Assembly: GCA_034421335.1 (NCBI GenBank) | Contig: DAOUKL010000102.1 | Span: 2,292 to 66,291, forward strand | Origin: Dehalococcoidia bacterium | Lineage (GTDB): Bacteria; Chloroflexota; Dehalococcoidia; Lucifugimonadales; Australimonadaceae | DNA length: 64,000 nt | Direction of reading: 5' to 3' | Part shown: in pieces, positions 1 through 8,952 of the stretch | Numbering within the stretch: position 1 is the stretch's first letter | How the letters are laid out: every line of letters begins with the position of its first letter | Notes under the pieces: generated by a model | What the model was told of the DNA's origin: nothing | Seen by the model: only the letters and a program-made list of their open reading frames with translations | Databases searched by the model: none | Made by a program: the position numbers and the translations under genes

Positions 1-329
1 GCGACATCCGCCCGCTGCTGCTGGCGAGATCGCGCAGGCGCGGACCGGTCGAGACGGCACTGTTCCTCAATGCGCGCGGCGGGCCGATGACGCGCCAAGG
101 GTACTGGCTCGTGCTCAAGCGCGCGGCGGCGCGGGCGGACATCCGCGCCAGCCTGTCGCCGCACACGCTGCGGCACAGCTTCGCCACGCACTTGCTCCAC
201 GGGGGCGCTCCGCTGCGGCATGTCCAGGAGCTTCTTGGCCATGCTAGTATTTCGACTACGCAGGTGTACACGCACCTGACGGACAACCAGGTACGCGAGA
301 CGTTCGAGCGAGCGCATCCCCGCGCATAG
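1..329 (+). CDS. Tyrosine recombinase, XerC/XerD family; C-terminal fragment (5' end lies outside the window)
   Basis: Frame-3 translation reads ...[17 protein letters not shown]...[15 protein letters not shown]...[16 protein letters not shown]...HPRA. It carries the HxxR, LLGH and catalytic Tyr motifs of the tyrosine recombinase catalytic domain. Confidence 0.85.
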   Translation, partial: DIRPLLLARSRRRGPVETALFLNARGGPMTRQGYWLVLKRAAARADIRASLSPHTLRHSFATHLLHGGAPLRHVQELLGHASISTTQVYTHLTDNQVRETFERAHPRA

Positions 330-344
330 CGCGCCTATCACCCA

Positions 345-797
345 ATGAGAATCGCCGTCGGCAGCGATGAGGCGACGCCTCTCACCGAGCACGTCGTGAA
401 CGACTTGCGCCGTCGGGGTTGCGACGTCTGGCCCGCCGGCGCCCTTGCGGACGGCGCCGACGCCCGCTGGCCCGCCGTCGGGCGCGAAGTCGGCGAGGCG
501 GTCGCCTCCGGCGAATGCGAACAGGGCGTGCTGTTCTGCTACACCGGCACCGGCGTAAGCATCGCCGCCAACAAGGTGGCGGGCGTCCGCGCCGCCCTCT
601 GCGGCGACGCGCAGACTGCGGAAGGCGCGCGCCGCTGGAACGACGCGAACGTGCTCGTGATGAGTCTCCGGGCGACGTCGCTCGAAATGGCGACGGAGAT
701 GCTGAATGCGTGGTTCGGCGCCCCTGCCGGCGATGCCGGCGACGCATGTATGATTGACATGGTGAACGAGATGGACCGCGCAAAGTCCCGCGAGTAG
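345..797 (+). CDS. rpiB: Sugar-phosphate isomerase, RpiB/LacA/LacB family (ribose-5-phosphate isomerase B-like)
   Basis: 150 aa. Reads MRIAVGSDEA...GVLFCYTGTGVSIAANKVAGVRAAL...ARRWNDANVLVMS, the typical RpiB length and motif order. Confidence 0.8.
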   Translation: MRIAVGSDEATPLTEHVVNDLRRRGCDVWPAGALADGADARWPAVGREVGEAVASGECEQGVLFCYTGTGVSIAANKVAGVRAALCGDAQTAEGARRWNDANVLVMSLRATSLEMATEMLNAWFGAPAGDAGDACMIDMVNEMDRAKSRE

Positions 798-812
798 GAG
801 GAGACACTCGCC

Positions 813-1517
813 ATGCCCGTCATCACCGTTACAGGACTCATAGGCAGCGGCGCCTTCGAAGTCGGCGCCGACGTCGCCAAGAAGCTTGGCATCGACTACA
901 TCGACCGCATGATACTGGCCGAGGCCGCCAAGAAAATCGGCACGACCGTCGCCGCCGTGGCCGAGCGTACGGAGCGCCCTCCCCGCCTGGGCGACCGCGT
1001 CGCCGGGTTCGTGAAGACCGTGCTCGAGCGCTCCGCCCTTGCCGGCGGGGGCGCCGACCCATACTTCGGCGGCGGCCTCGACGCGCTCCTGGTGCGCGAG
1101 TACCGGGACTTCCCGACGGAAGAAGCCGCCGCCGCCGCCGATGAGACCCTGTCGGACGAGAACCTGCTCAAGGTCACGAGCGGCGTCATCCAGGAGATCG
1201 CGGCGTCGGGCGACGTAGTGTTCGCCGGCCGAGGGGCCAACATCATCCTGCACGACACGCCAGGCGCGCTGCACGTAGGCCTCGTGTCCCGGCACGCCGA
1301 GCGGGTCGCGCGCATCATGGAGCGGGAGCATCTGAACGAGATCGAGGCGGAGCGCCACGTCGACGAGAACGACCGCGCGCGCCTCGCGCACTTCCGGCGC
1401 TTCTTCAACGTCGACCCGCAAGACCCACAGTATTACCATCTGGTGCTGAACACCGACTTGCTGCATGTTGATCACACCGCCGACGTCATCGTCGAGATGG
1501 CGCGGATCATGGGCTGA
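813..1517 (+). CDS. Cytidylate kinase-like family protein (P-loop-like N-terminus)
   Basis: 234 aa. N-terminus VITVTGLIGSGAFEVGADVAKKLGIDYIDR resembles the cytidylate-kinase-like (PF13189-type) family. AGGAGGAG lies upstream of the ATG. Confidence 0.6.
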   Translation: MPVITVTGLIGSGAFEVGADVAKKLGIDYIDRMILAEAAKKIGTTVAAVAERTERPPRLGDRVAGFVKTVLERSALAGGGADPYFGGGLDALLVREYRDFPTEEAAAAADETLSDENLLKVTSGVIQEIAASGDVVFAGRGANIILHDTPGALHVGLVSRHAERVARIMEREHLNEIEAERHVDENDRARLAHFRRFFNVDPQDPQYYHLVLNTDLLHVDHTADVIVEMARIMG

Positions 1518-1534
1518 ACCCGAAAGAGAAGGCA

Positions 1535-1918
1535 ATGGCGAACAAGAAGGCCGGAAACAGAGCAGCCGCCGGGCAGGCGAGAGCCCGGGAGCGCGCGCGG
1601 CGCAAGGCCCGCTCGGCGGGACCGTCGATCCCCGAAGCGGCGCTCGCCGTTCCCGTCGCGGACGACGAGCCCGCCGCAGGCGAGCCGGAAACCGCGTCTG
1701 CGGAGTCCGCGGCCGCCGAGCCGGCGGCGGTCAGCCGTCCCGCTCCTCAGCCCCCCGCGTCGGTCGTCGCTCCCGTGGCGCGGCGCGCGGCGCGCCAGGT
1801 TTCGGCGCTGGAGCCGGCGGGAGGCCTGCGGCGCGAGCTGGCGATGATCGCCGCCGTTACCGCCGTCATCGGCGGCGCCCTCGCGTTCCTGAAGCTCGCC
1901 ACCGACATCGGGGCGTAG
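1535..1918 (+). CDS. Hypothetical Ala/Pro-rich protein with basic N-terminus and C-terminal transmembrane anchor
   Basis: 127 aa. AGAGAAGG lies before the ATG. The C-terminal segment MIAAVTAVIGGALAFL is hydrophobic. No family recognised. Confidence 0.45.
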   Translation: MANKKAGNRAAAGQARARERARRKARSAGPSIPEAALAVPVADDEPAAGEPETASAESAAAEPAAVSRPAPQPPASVVAPVARRAARQVSALEPAGGLRRELAMIAAVTAVIGGALAFLKLATDIGA

Positions 1919-1997
1919 CTCTTCTCCTCCAGGGAGACGCTCCTCGGAGCGAGAGGACTTTGGAGGCGCAGGCCGCAGGCGGTACACTGCGACTGCA

Positions 1998-3971
1998 ATG
2001 ACGACTCCCGTGCGCAAGGAAGCCAGGGCGAAGGCGTTCGCCGACCGGCTGAGCGCGCTCCCCGTCAGGCCCGGCGTCTACCTGATGAAGGACGCCGCCG
2101 GAACGGTCATCTACGTCGGCAAGGCCGCGAGCCTCCGCAACCGCGTCCGCTCGTACTTCCAGACGCCCTACGGCAAAGAACCGAAGGTGCAGGCGATGGT
2201 GCAGCGCATCGCCGACTTCGAGTTCATCGTCACCGAGACTGTCCAGGAGGCGCTGCTGCTCGAGAACCTCCTCATCAAGCGGCGGAAGCCCTTCTACAAC
2301 GCCCGCCTGAAAGACGACAAGACCTACCCCTACATCAAGATCGACCTCTCGGAGGAGTTCCCGCAGGTGTATTTCACGCGGCGCGTGCTCGCCGACGGCG
2401 CCAGATACTTCGGCCCGTTCGCCAGCGCGGGTTCCGTACGCAAGACGATGGACCTGCTCAAGAAACTCTTCCCCTACCGCTCGTGCACGAAGCCCATCAC
2501 GGGCAGTGACGAGCGCCCTTGCCTCGAGTACCACATTCACCGCTGCGTCGCGCCCTGCATCGGCGCGGTGGACCGAACGGAGTACGGGCAGGTCATCCAC
2601 GAGGTGCTGCAGTTCCTCGAAGGCGATTCGGAGGCCGTCGAGGCGAGCATCCGCCGCAAGATGCAGGAGGCGTCCGAGAGGCTGGAGTTCGAGCGCGCCG
2701 CAGTGCTGCGCGACCAGATACGGGCTATCGAGTCGGTCACGCAGAACCAGAAGGTGGTGTCCAACCGGCGTGAGGACTCCGACGTCATCGCGCTCGCCTA
2801 CGACAAGGGTGAGGTGTGGGTGGAGCTGTTCAAGGTGCGGCACGGCAAGCTGATCGACCGCGACCACTTCCTGATGGAGGGCGGCGAGGCCGAGGAGGAG
2901 GCGCTCCTGCTCGAGCACTTCGTGCAGCAGTTCTACGAGGCGTCGACCGACGTTCCGGGCTCGGTGCTGCTACAGCACGAACTGGAGAACGCCGCCGCAA
3001 TCGAGGAATGGCTTACCGGCAAGCGAGGCCGCCGCGTCGCCGTCGCGCGTCCGCAGCGCGGGCCACGCCGCCGTCTGGTCGAGATGGCGGCGGGAAACGC
3101 GCTCGAGGCGCTGACGCAACGGCGCATCAAGTGGCTCAACGAGTCGGACAAGGTGCTGCAGGCGCTCGTCGAACTGCAGGAGGCGCTGACGCTCCCTGCG
3201 CTGCCGGAGCGCATCGAGTGCTACGACATTTCGAACACGCAGGGCGCCTACTCCGTGGGGAGCATGGTCGTCTTCGAGAACGGACGCCCCAGGAACGGCC
3301 ACTACCGGCGCTTTCAGATCAAGAGCGTCGACGGTGTGGACGACTACTCTTCGATGCAGGAGATGCTCCGCCGGCGCTTCCGGCGTCTCGGCGAGGCGCG
3401 GCGCGAAGCCGCGGCCCATGCAGGCTCCAGCGCCGCAGGCGCTCCGGACGATGCTGAGGGAGCCTCCCCTGCCCCGCCCATTGACGCCGGCGACGGCGGC
3501 GAACGCCGGGAACCACAGGAATCGTTCGGGTTCGTACCGGGGCTGGTGATCATCGACGGGGGTAAGGGGCATCTGGGCGCGGCGCAGGAAGTGTTCCTCC
3601 AATTAGGCGTCACCGACATTCCATTGTGCTCGCTTGCGAAGCGTGAGGAGGAAGTGTTCCTGCCGCACATGCCGGAGCCGGTGGTCCTGCCGAGGCAGTC
3701 GCAGGGGCTGTACCTCCTGCAGCGGGTGCGGGACGAGGCGCACCGGTTCGCCATTACGTACCACCGCCAGCGGCGGTCGAAGGCGGCGACGGCCTCGCGG
3801 CTCGATCAGGCTCCCGGGATCGGGCCGAAGCGGCGGCGCGAGCTGATCAAACGTTTCGGCAGCCTTGCGGGCATCCGTGCGGCGTCGGCGTCGGACATCG
3901 CGCAGACGCCCGGAATGAGCACAGCGTCGGCGGAGCGTCTCAAAGCCTTCCTCGGCGGCGAGGGCCAATAA
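1998..3971 (+). CDS. uvrC: Excinuclease ABC subunit C
   Basis: 657 aa. N-terminal GIY-YIG region (PGVYLMKDAAGTVIYVGKA..LRNRVRSYF), a UVR domain (FERAAVLRDQIRAI), and C-terminal RNase H-like and HhH regions (IDGGKGHL...; APGIGPKRRRELIKRFGS). Confidence 0.95.
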   Translation: MTTPVRKEARAKAFADRLSALPVRPGVYLMKDAAGTVIYVGKAASLRNRVRSYFQTPYGKEPKVQAMVQRIADFEFIVTETVQEALLLENLLIKRRKPFYNARLKDDKTYPYIKIDLSEEFPQVYFTRRVLADGARYFGPFASAGSVRKTMDLLKKLFPYRSCTKPITGSDERPCLEYHIHRCVAPCIGAVDRTEYGQVIHEVLQFLEGDSEAVEASIRRKMQEASERLEFERAAVLRDQIRAIESVTQNQKVVSNRREDSDVIALAYDKGEVWVELFKVRHGKLIDRDHFLMEGGEAEEEALLLEHFVQQFYEASTDVPGSVLLQHELENAAAIEEWLTGKRGRRVAVARPQRGPRRRLVEMAAGNALEALTQRRIKWLNESDKVLQALVELQEALTLPALPERIECYDISNTQGAYSVGSMVVFENGRPRNGHYRRFQIKSVDGVDDYSSMQEMLRRRFRRLGEARREAAAHAGSSAAGAPDDAEGASPAPPIDAGDGGERREPQESFGFVPGLVIIDGGKGHLGAAQEVFLQLGVTDIPLCSLAKREEEVFLPHMPEPVVLPRQSQGLYLLQRVRDEAHRFAITYHRQRRSKAATASRLDQAPGIGPKRRRELIKRFGSLAGIRAASASDIAQTPGMSTASAERLKAFLGGEGQ

Positions 3972-3985
3972 ACGAGATACTAAGA

Positions 3986-4020
3986 ACGCCGCCCTCCGTG
4001 AACAGTACGGAGGGCGGCGT
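3986..4020. terminator. Bidirectional intrinsic terminator hairpin between uvrC and the convergent minus-strand unit
   Basis: Perfect 14-bp inverted repeat acgccgccctccgt / acggagggcggcgt with a 7-nt loop. T-containing tracts flank it on both strands. Confidence 0.7.
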
Positions 4021-4044
4021 TCAGTTCTTCCTGGGACTGCCGGG

Positions 4045-4140
4045 TTAGGCCACAGCGCTGGACGCGTAAGCGAAGACGAACACGGCCACTAGCGTCATAA
4101 CGATCCCGACTGTTCCGACGAGACTTCCCCTGATGTCCAT
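4045..4140 (-). CDS. Possible 31-aa single-pass membrane peptide (MDIRGSLVGTVGIVMTLVAVFVFAYASSAVA)
   Basis: GAGGA lies 5 nt upstream of the ATG. The ORF sits between the 4247-5038 gene and the terminator and has a hydrophobic core. It is short, so support is weak. Confidence 0.3.
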   Translation of the reverse strand: MDIRGSLVGTVGIVMTLVAVFVFAYASSAVA

Positions 4141-4246
4141 AGATGTCCTCATTTCGTATGCGCCTCTCGGCACGAGCCCTCGTCGGCTCATTGAGAGGGA
4201 AAGCGGCAGGGGCTCAGGCGCCCCTGCCTGCGTGGTTGGAGCCAGG

Positions 4247-5038
4247 CTACATCTGCAGTTGGTCGGTGGAGCCGAGCTCGAGGTCGGAGGCCTGCGTCGC
4301 CGCGTACATGCCTCCGGCGTCCAGGTCGACGTCGTAGTCATCCACGCCCTGCTGAGGGGCCTCTTCGAGCAGTTCCGTCCGCAAGGTGCGCAGCAGGGTG
4401 ATGGCGACGTCGATGTACTGCGGCGTCAGCGGAACGGAGAGGCTCCGGCCGTTGGCGAGCAGCAGGAGACCGTCGGCGGAGGATCCGGAGGAAGCCGGAG
4501 CAATCACAGTTTCTGTGGCCGTTGAGGCAATCCTCTGGTTTTCTTCAGAATATTCTGGAGATTTCTCTTCCTTGACGGGCCTGCCAAGCACACGGATCGC
4601 GTCGGTGAGGTGTTTCTGGATGAGAGGAGCGCGCCGGACGATCTCGTCGCGCGGGGCGCGGGTGATCTCTTCCAGGCCGACGAGCAGACTCATGTCGTCG
4701 GGCGTCTCGCCTTCAAAGCGTGTGTAGAGCTGCCGGAGCAGTTCGACGCGCTGGAAGGCCTCGGCCCTCGCCTGCTGCCCCTCGTCGGGGGTTGCGGGGT
4801 GGATGACTCGCTGCGCCAGCTGCGAGATTCTCAGCTCTCCCCGCCCTTCCACGAGGCCGAAGTCTCGCAGTGCGGCGACCTTGGCGAACAGCGTGCCGCT
4901 GCCCTCGGCCATGCCGAGTTCCCACGCGAGGCCCTTGACGCTCACTGTCCCCTTGAACTTCGTGAGCACACGCCCCGCGATCTCCACTGCGTCCCCGAAC
5001 CGTATGTCGGGGTATGAGTACGGACCCAACTTCGCCAT
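4247..5038 (-). CDS. Hypothetical protein (263 aa from MAKLGPYSY...); helical N-terminal half, acidic C-terminal tail
   Basis: Coding-looking ORF with non-repetitive composition, in a locally low-GC stretch (27/60 G+C at 4501-4560). Start taken at the second Met (5038); the ORF extends to 5089. No family recognised. Confidence 0.6.
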   Translation of the reverse strand: MAKLGPYSYPDIRFGDAVEIAGRVLTKFKGTVSVKGLAWELGMAEGSGTLFAKVAALRDFGLVEGRGELRISQLAQRVIHPATPDEGQQARAEAFQRVELLRQLYTRFEGETPDDMSLLVGLEEITRAPRDEIVRRAPLIQKHLTDAIRVLGRPVKEEKSPEYSEENQRIASTATETVIAPASSGSSADGLLLLANGRSLSVPLTPQYIDVAITLLRTLRTELLEEAPQQGVDDYDVDLDAGGMYAATQASDLELGSTDQLQM

Positions 5039-5118
5039 TGTCTCCCTCCGTTCCTGCAGGCCCTGCGCCCTTCTGGACGGGGCGGTCATTGCGGCGTCTC
5101 CCCTTGCCGCAACATGGA

Positions 5119-5269
5119 CTGTAGCAGCCCCCGCAGAGGGAAGTCAAGCAACTTTACGGCAATTTGCCGCCACTTTGCAGAGGTTTATCAGATATTTGCT
5201 GTAGACACTCCTAGAAACTGCTGTAGAAGCCTCTGGGAGTTGCTGCTTAAGCCTCTGCTTGGCCTCTGC
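5119..5269. promoter_or_regulatory. Motif-dense AT-richer divergent intergenic region (putative operator/promoter cluster)
   Basis: TGCTGTAGA occurs at 5197-5205 and 5219-5227 (22-bp spacing), and CTGTAG also at 5119-5124. GCAGAGG occurs at 5133 and 5177, facing GCCTCTG(C/G) at 5229, 5251 and 5262. G+C is 25/60 at 5161-5220. Confidence 0.35.
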
Positions 5270-5370
5270 GTCCCTTGTCGGTTAGCATGTCGAACGCTCG
5301 CGCCCGCCGGAAAGTCCCCGCTCGCCGCTACGCTCCCCTGCGGGCCGATAGGGCCCTGAAGAGGACCAGC

Positions 5371-6255
5371 ATGGCCACGGAACCATCCGGCGCGCCGGAG
5401 AGCGCTCTACGCCGCGCATTGCTCGTAATGGCGGCTACTGGAAGGACGTTGCCTTCGCTCAGCCGTCTATCCGCCTGCCCCTCCGCGCCGGCCCGGCTCG
5501 TGCTCCTGGCCGCCGCCCTCGGCGCTCTGACGGGATGCGCCGCCGAGACTTCGGCGAGTCCCACGGTCATCGTCGGCGCCGCGGCAAGCCTGCGGCCCGT
5601 CGTCGAGGAACTGGCCGACGGGTTCGGCGCCGAAGTCACGGTCGTTGCCGGGTCGTCCGGCGCGCTCGCCGCCCAGGTGCGCCAGGGCGCGCCCGTCGAC
5701 CTGTTCATTTCCGCCGACGACCGGTTCACCACCGAACTGGCGCGCGACGGCTTTCTCCGCGCGGAGAGCGTCGGCGAACTGGCCCGGGGCGAACTGGCGG
5801 CGGTGACGACGCTGCCGGACTCCCCTACCGATGCGGCCAAGCTGGCGGCCTCCGCCGACGTCCGGCGCGTCGCGCTGGCGAACCCGGAACTTGCCCCTTA
5901 CGGCGCGGCGGCGCGACGATATCTGCGCGATGCGGGGGTGTGGAACGTGATCGGCGAAAAGATCGTGTACGGAGAGAACGCGGCGCAGGCGCTGCAATTC
6001 GTCGCGTCGGGAAGCGCCGAGGTCGGCTTCGTGCCGATTTCGCTGGCGTTGACTCCAGGCGCCGCTTCCCTGAGGCGCCTCGACACGCTCCCCGCCGAGG
6101 TAAGCGCGGGGCTTGTGGTGACCGCGGGTGTCGTGGAGGGCTCAGCCAACGCGGAGCTTGTGGAACGGTTCATGGCGCACGCGCGGAGCGCGGCGGGCGC
6201 GCCGGCATGGGAACGCTACGGCTACGTCCAGTTCGGCGGCGAGGAAGGCGCGTAG
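5371..6255 (+). CDS. modA: Molybdate ABC transporter substrate-binding lipoprotein
   Basis: Reads ...LGALTGC (lipobox), then TVIVGAAASLRPVVEEL...GSSGALAAQVRQGAPVDLFISAD...LANPELAPYGAAARRYL, all ModA hallmarks. The start is uncertain: the ORF opens at 5275, and 5371 has GAAGAGGA upstream. Confidence 0.85.
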   Translation: MATEPSGAPESALRRALLVMAATGRTLPSLSRLSACPSAPARLVLLAAALGALTGCAAETSASPTVIVGAAASLRPVVEELADGFGAEVTVVAGSSGALAAQVRQGAPVDLFISADDRFTTELARDGFLRAESVGELARGELAAVTTLPDSPTDAAKLAASADVRRVALANPELAPYGAAARRYLRDAGVWNVIGEKIVYGENAAQALQFVASGSAEVGFVPISLALTPGAASLRRLDTLPAEVSAGLVVTAGVVEGSANAELVERFMAHARSAAGAPAWERYGYVQFGGEEGA

Positions 6256-6924
6256 ATGGACTGGACCGCGCTTCGGCTCAGTCTGCAGATCGGCGTAACA
6301 GGCGCGGCCCTGGCGGCGCTCCTGGGCATTCCGCTCGCGTGGTGGCTGTCGCGCAAGCGCAGTTGGACGCGCGACGCGGTCTCGACCGCAGCGCTGATCC
6401 CCATGGTGCTGCCGCCCACGGTGCTGGGCTACTACCTGCTGCAGGCGGTCGGCAGGAACTCGCTCATCGGCTCGACACTCGACGCGGCGTTCGGATTCAG
6501 CTTCGTGTTCGACTGGAGCGGCGCCGCGCTCGCCGCGTTCCTGGTGTCCGCGCCGTTCCTCGTGCGGACGGCGCAGGCGGGCTTCGAGGCGGTGGACCCG
6601 AACCTCGAGGACGCCGCGCGAACGCTCGGAAGGAGCGAACTCAGCCTCTTCCTCACGGTCACGCTGCCCGTCGCGTGGAGGTCGGTGATGGCCGGCGTGG
6701 CGCTCGCGCTGGCGCGGGCCATTGGCGAGTTCGGAGCGACGCTGATGATCGCCGGCAGCATTCCCGGGCGCACGCGCACCATGCCCATCGCCATCTACGA
6801 GGCGGTGCAGACGGGGCAGGCCAGCGAGGCGCAGGCGCTCGCCGCAACGCTCACGCTCTCGGCGCTGGGCCTGCTCGCCGCGGTGGGCCTGCTCGCCCGC
6901 GGAAGGGGCCTGCTATGGCGCTAG
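6256..6924 (+). CDS. modB: Molybdate ABC transporter permease
   Basis: 222 aa multi-pass protein with the EAA-type loop (LEDAARTLGRSELSLFLTVTLP). It lies directly after modA. Confidence 0.9.
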   Translation: MDWTALRLSLQIGVTGAALAALLGIPLAWWLSRKRSWTRDAVSTAALIPMVLPPTVLGYYLLQAVGRNSLIGSTLDAAFGFSFVFDWSGAALAAFLVSAPFLVRTAQAGFEAVDPNLEDAARTLGRSELSLFLTVTLPVAWRSVMAGVALALARAIGEFGATLMIAGSIPGRTRTMPIAIYEAVQTGQASEAQALAATLTLSALGLLAAVGLLARGRGLLWR

Positions 6925-7976
6925 AAGCGTCGGCGACCGCCCAGGCCGGAACATTCCGGCTGACCGTCGACCTGTGCGTGGAGCCGGGGACGACCGCCGC
7001 GGTCCTCGGTCCGTCGGGATCCGGCAAGACGCTCACGCTGCGCGTCATCGCGGGGCTTGCGGCGCCGGCGCACGGCAGGATCGCGAGCAGTGGACGCGTG
7101 CTGTACGACAGCGCCGCGGGCGTCAACGAGCCGCCCCGCAAGCGGCGCGCCGGGTTCGTGTTCCAGGACTACGCGCTGTTTCCGCACCTCTCGGCGGCGG
7201 AGAATATGGCCTACGGCTTCCGGGGAGACCACGGCGCTGCGGGCGCCCGCGTCGCGGAGCTGGTCGACCTCCTCGGGCTGAGCGGCCTCGAAGCGCGGCG
7301 CCCCGCGCAACTATCCGGTGGGCAGCGCCAGCGTGTCGCGCTTGGGCGCGCGCTGGCGTCGGAGCCGGAGTTCCTCCTGCTCGACGAGCCGTTCTCGGCC
7401 CTCGACGCCCCGACGCGCGCAGCGCTCACCGAGCAACTCCTCGAACTGGAGTCTCGCGTAGCCGTTCCCACCGTGCTGGTTACGCACGACCTCGCCGAGG
7501 CGCACGCGCTGGCGCAGCAGCTGGTCGTGCTCGACGACGGCGCCGTTCTGCAGTCCGGCCCGCGCGACGACGTATTCGGGCGGCCCGCCTCGCCGAGGGT
7601 CGGCGAGCTCGTGGGCGTGCGCAACATCCTGACGGCGACCGTCAGCACGATCGAGGGCGGCGCGGCTACAGTGGACGCGTCGGGCATCACGATGCAAACG
7701 ATCGCCGGCGCGCTGGCGGAGGGAGAGCGAGTGACGGCGGGGGCGCGCGCGAGAGACATCGACGCCGCGCCCGACCCGGACGGCGCCGCGCAACTGCTGC
7801 GAGTGGTGGACGCGGGCCTGAGGCGAACGCTGGCGCTGCAGCTTCCGGGGGGCCCGATCGTCTACGTCGAGCTGTCGCCGGAGTTGGAGCGCCGCATCGG
7901 ACGCGCTGCGCCTCCACCGAGGTGGCGCCTCTCCGTCGCCCCCGGCGCCGGACACGTCTGGCGGTCGGGGAGTTGA
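6915..7976 (+). CDS. modC: Molybdate ABC transporter ATP-binding protein with C-terminal TOBE/Mop-like domain
   Basis: Starts MALEASA... inside an 813-aa artefactual ORF. Walker A GPSGSGKT, signature LSGGQRQRVALGRAL, Walker B LLLDEP. Overlaps modB by 10 nt. Confidence 0.9.
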   Translation: MALEASATAQAGTFRLTVDLCVEPGTTAAVLGPSGSGKTLTLRVIAGLAAPAHGRIASSGRVLYDSAAGVNEPPRKRRAGFVFQDYALFPHLSAAENMAYGFRGDHGAAGARVAELVDLLGLSGLEARRPAQLSGGQRQRVALGRALASEPEFLLLDEPFSALDAPTRAALTEQLLELESRVAVPTVLVTHDLAEAHALAQQLVVLDDGAVLQSGPRDDVFGRPASPRVGELVGVRNILTATVSTIEGGAATVDASGITMQTIAGALAEGERVTAGARARDIDAAPDPDGAAQLLRVVDAGLRRTLALQLPGGPIVYVELSPELERRIGRAAPPPRWRLSVAPGAGHVWRSGS

Positions 7977-8034
7977 GAGCAGGCAACCGTTTCTACTCTG
8001 GTATGCTTAAGCTGGACGTGAGAGGGCGGCATCG

Positions 8035-8931
8035 ATGCGGCAGGCTTTGACAGAGAACCGGGCGTGGACGCTGGGAGCGCCGGTGGGGGCGGCTGTCATC
8101 GCGCTGGTTGTCGCGGTCATTGGCGCCATCTTCACCGGCGCCGAACTGGGTCTCGTCACGCGCAACGTCGAGTCCGCTTCCGCGAGTTCGGGCAACCTGC
8201 TCACGCGCCTCGGCGACCTGTTTCCCCTGGGTTTCTCGTTCAGCGCGGGGATGGTCTCCTCGGTGAACCCGTGCGGGTTCGCGATGCTGCCGGCCTACCT
8301 CGGCCTCTACCTCGGCGACCAGGACGCCGAGGAGCGCGGGACCGGGAGCCGACTCTGGCGAGCGCTGGTCGTCGGGGCGACGGTTACGGTGGGGTTCGTG
8401 CTGATGTTCGCCGCCGTTGGAGTTCCAATCGGGCTTGGCGCACGCGGGCTGGTGGACTTCTTCCCTTGGATCGGTCTGGCGATAGGGGTGCTTCTGACGC
8501 TGGCGGGCGCCTACCTGCTCTCGGGCGGCAAGCTGTACACCAACCTCGCCGTGCGCCTCTCCGCCCGCGTCGGCGGCGCAAACCGCAACAGCGTGCGGGG
8601 TTACTTCACCTTTGGACTCGCCTACGGCACGGCGTCGCTCAGTTGCACGCTGCCCATCTTCCTCGCGGTCATCGGGGGGACGTTCACAGCCGACACTTTC
8701 CTCGACTCGACACTGCAGTTCCTGCTGTACGGGCTGGGGATGGGGTCGGTGATACTGGCGCTGACTGTGGGCATGGCGGTGTTCAAGACGGCCGCGGTGG
8801 CGGGCCTGCGACGGGCGCTCCCCTACGTGGGGACCGTAACGGCGGTGCTCCTGCTCCTGTCGGGGTCGTTCATCGTCTATTATTGGCTGACGCTCGGCGA
8901 ATTGCTCGACCGCATCAGCGGCATCTTCTAA
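8035..8931 (+). CDS. ccdA: Cytochrome c biogenesis protein, CcdA/DsbD transmembrane family
   Basis: 298 aa polytopic protein. The motif SVNPCGFAMLPAYLG and a second Cys region (ASLSCTLPIF) are typical of CcdA. Confidence 0.8.
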   Translation: MRQALTENRAWTLGAPVGAAVIALVVAVIGAIFTGAELGLVTRNVESASASSGNLLTRLGDLFPLGFSFSAGMVSSVNPCGFAMLPAYLGLYLGDQDAEERGTGSRLWRALVVGATVTVGFVLMFAAVGVPIGLGARGLVDFFPWIGLAIGVLLTLAGAYLLSGGKLYTNLAVRLSARVGGANRNSVRGYFTFGLAYGTASLSCTLPIFLAVIGGTFTADTFLDSTLQFLLYGLGMGSVILALTVGMAVFKTAAVAGLRRALPYVGTVTAVLLLLSGSFIVYYWLTLGELLDRISGIF

Positions 8932-8952
8932 CAGAGGCTCCGAACATCCATT

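Noticed and set aside
1-329. The recombinase at the window edge as a marker of a prophage or integrative element.
   Set aside because: The sequence ends ...YTHL...HPRA like chromosomal XerC/XerD. It is followed by housekeeping genes (rpiB, uvrC) of normal composition, with no att-like repeats seen.
5275-5370. Possible Moco riboswitch or ModE operator upstream of modA.
   Set aside because: I could not recognise the conserved Moco-RNA core or the ModE TATAT-N-ATATA-type palindrome by eye. A covariance-model scan (Rfam RF01055) would be needed, so no claim is made.
5535-7976. An 813-aa ORF spanning modA, modB and modC.
   Set aside because: Only the last 353 aa (from the ATG at 6915) have ABC-ATPase sequence. 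The upstream part is Arg/Gly-rich off-frame translation over the genuine modA and modB frames.
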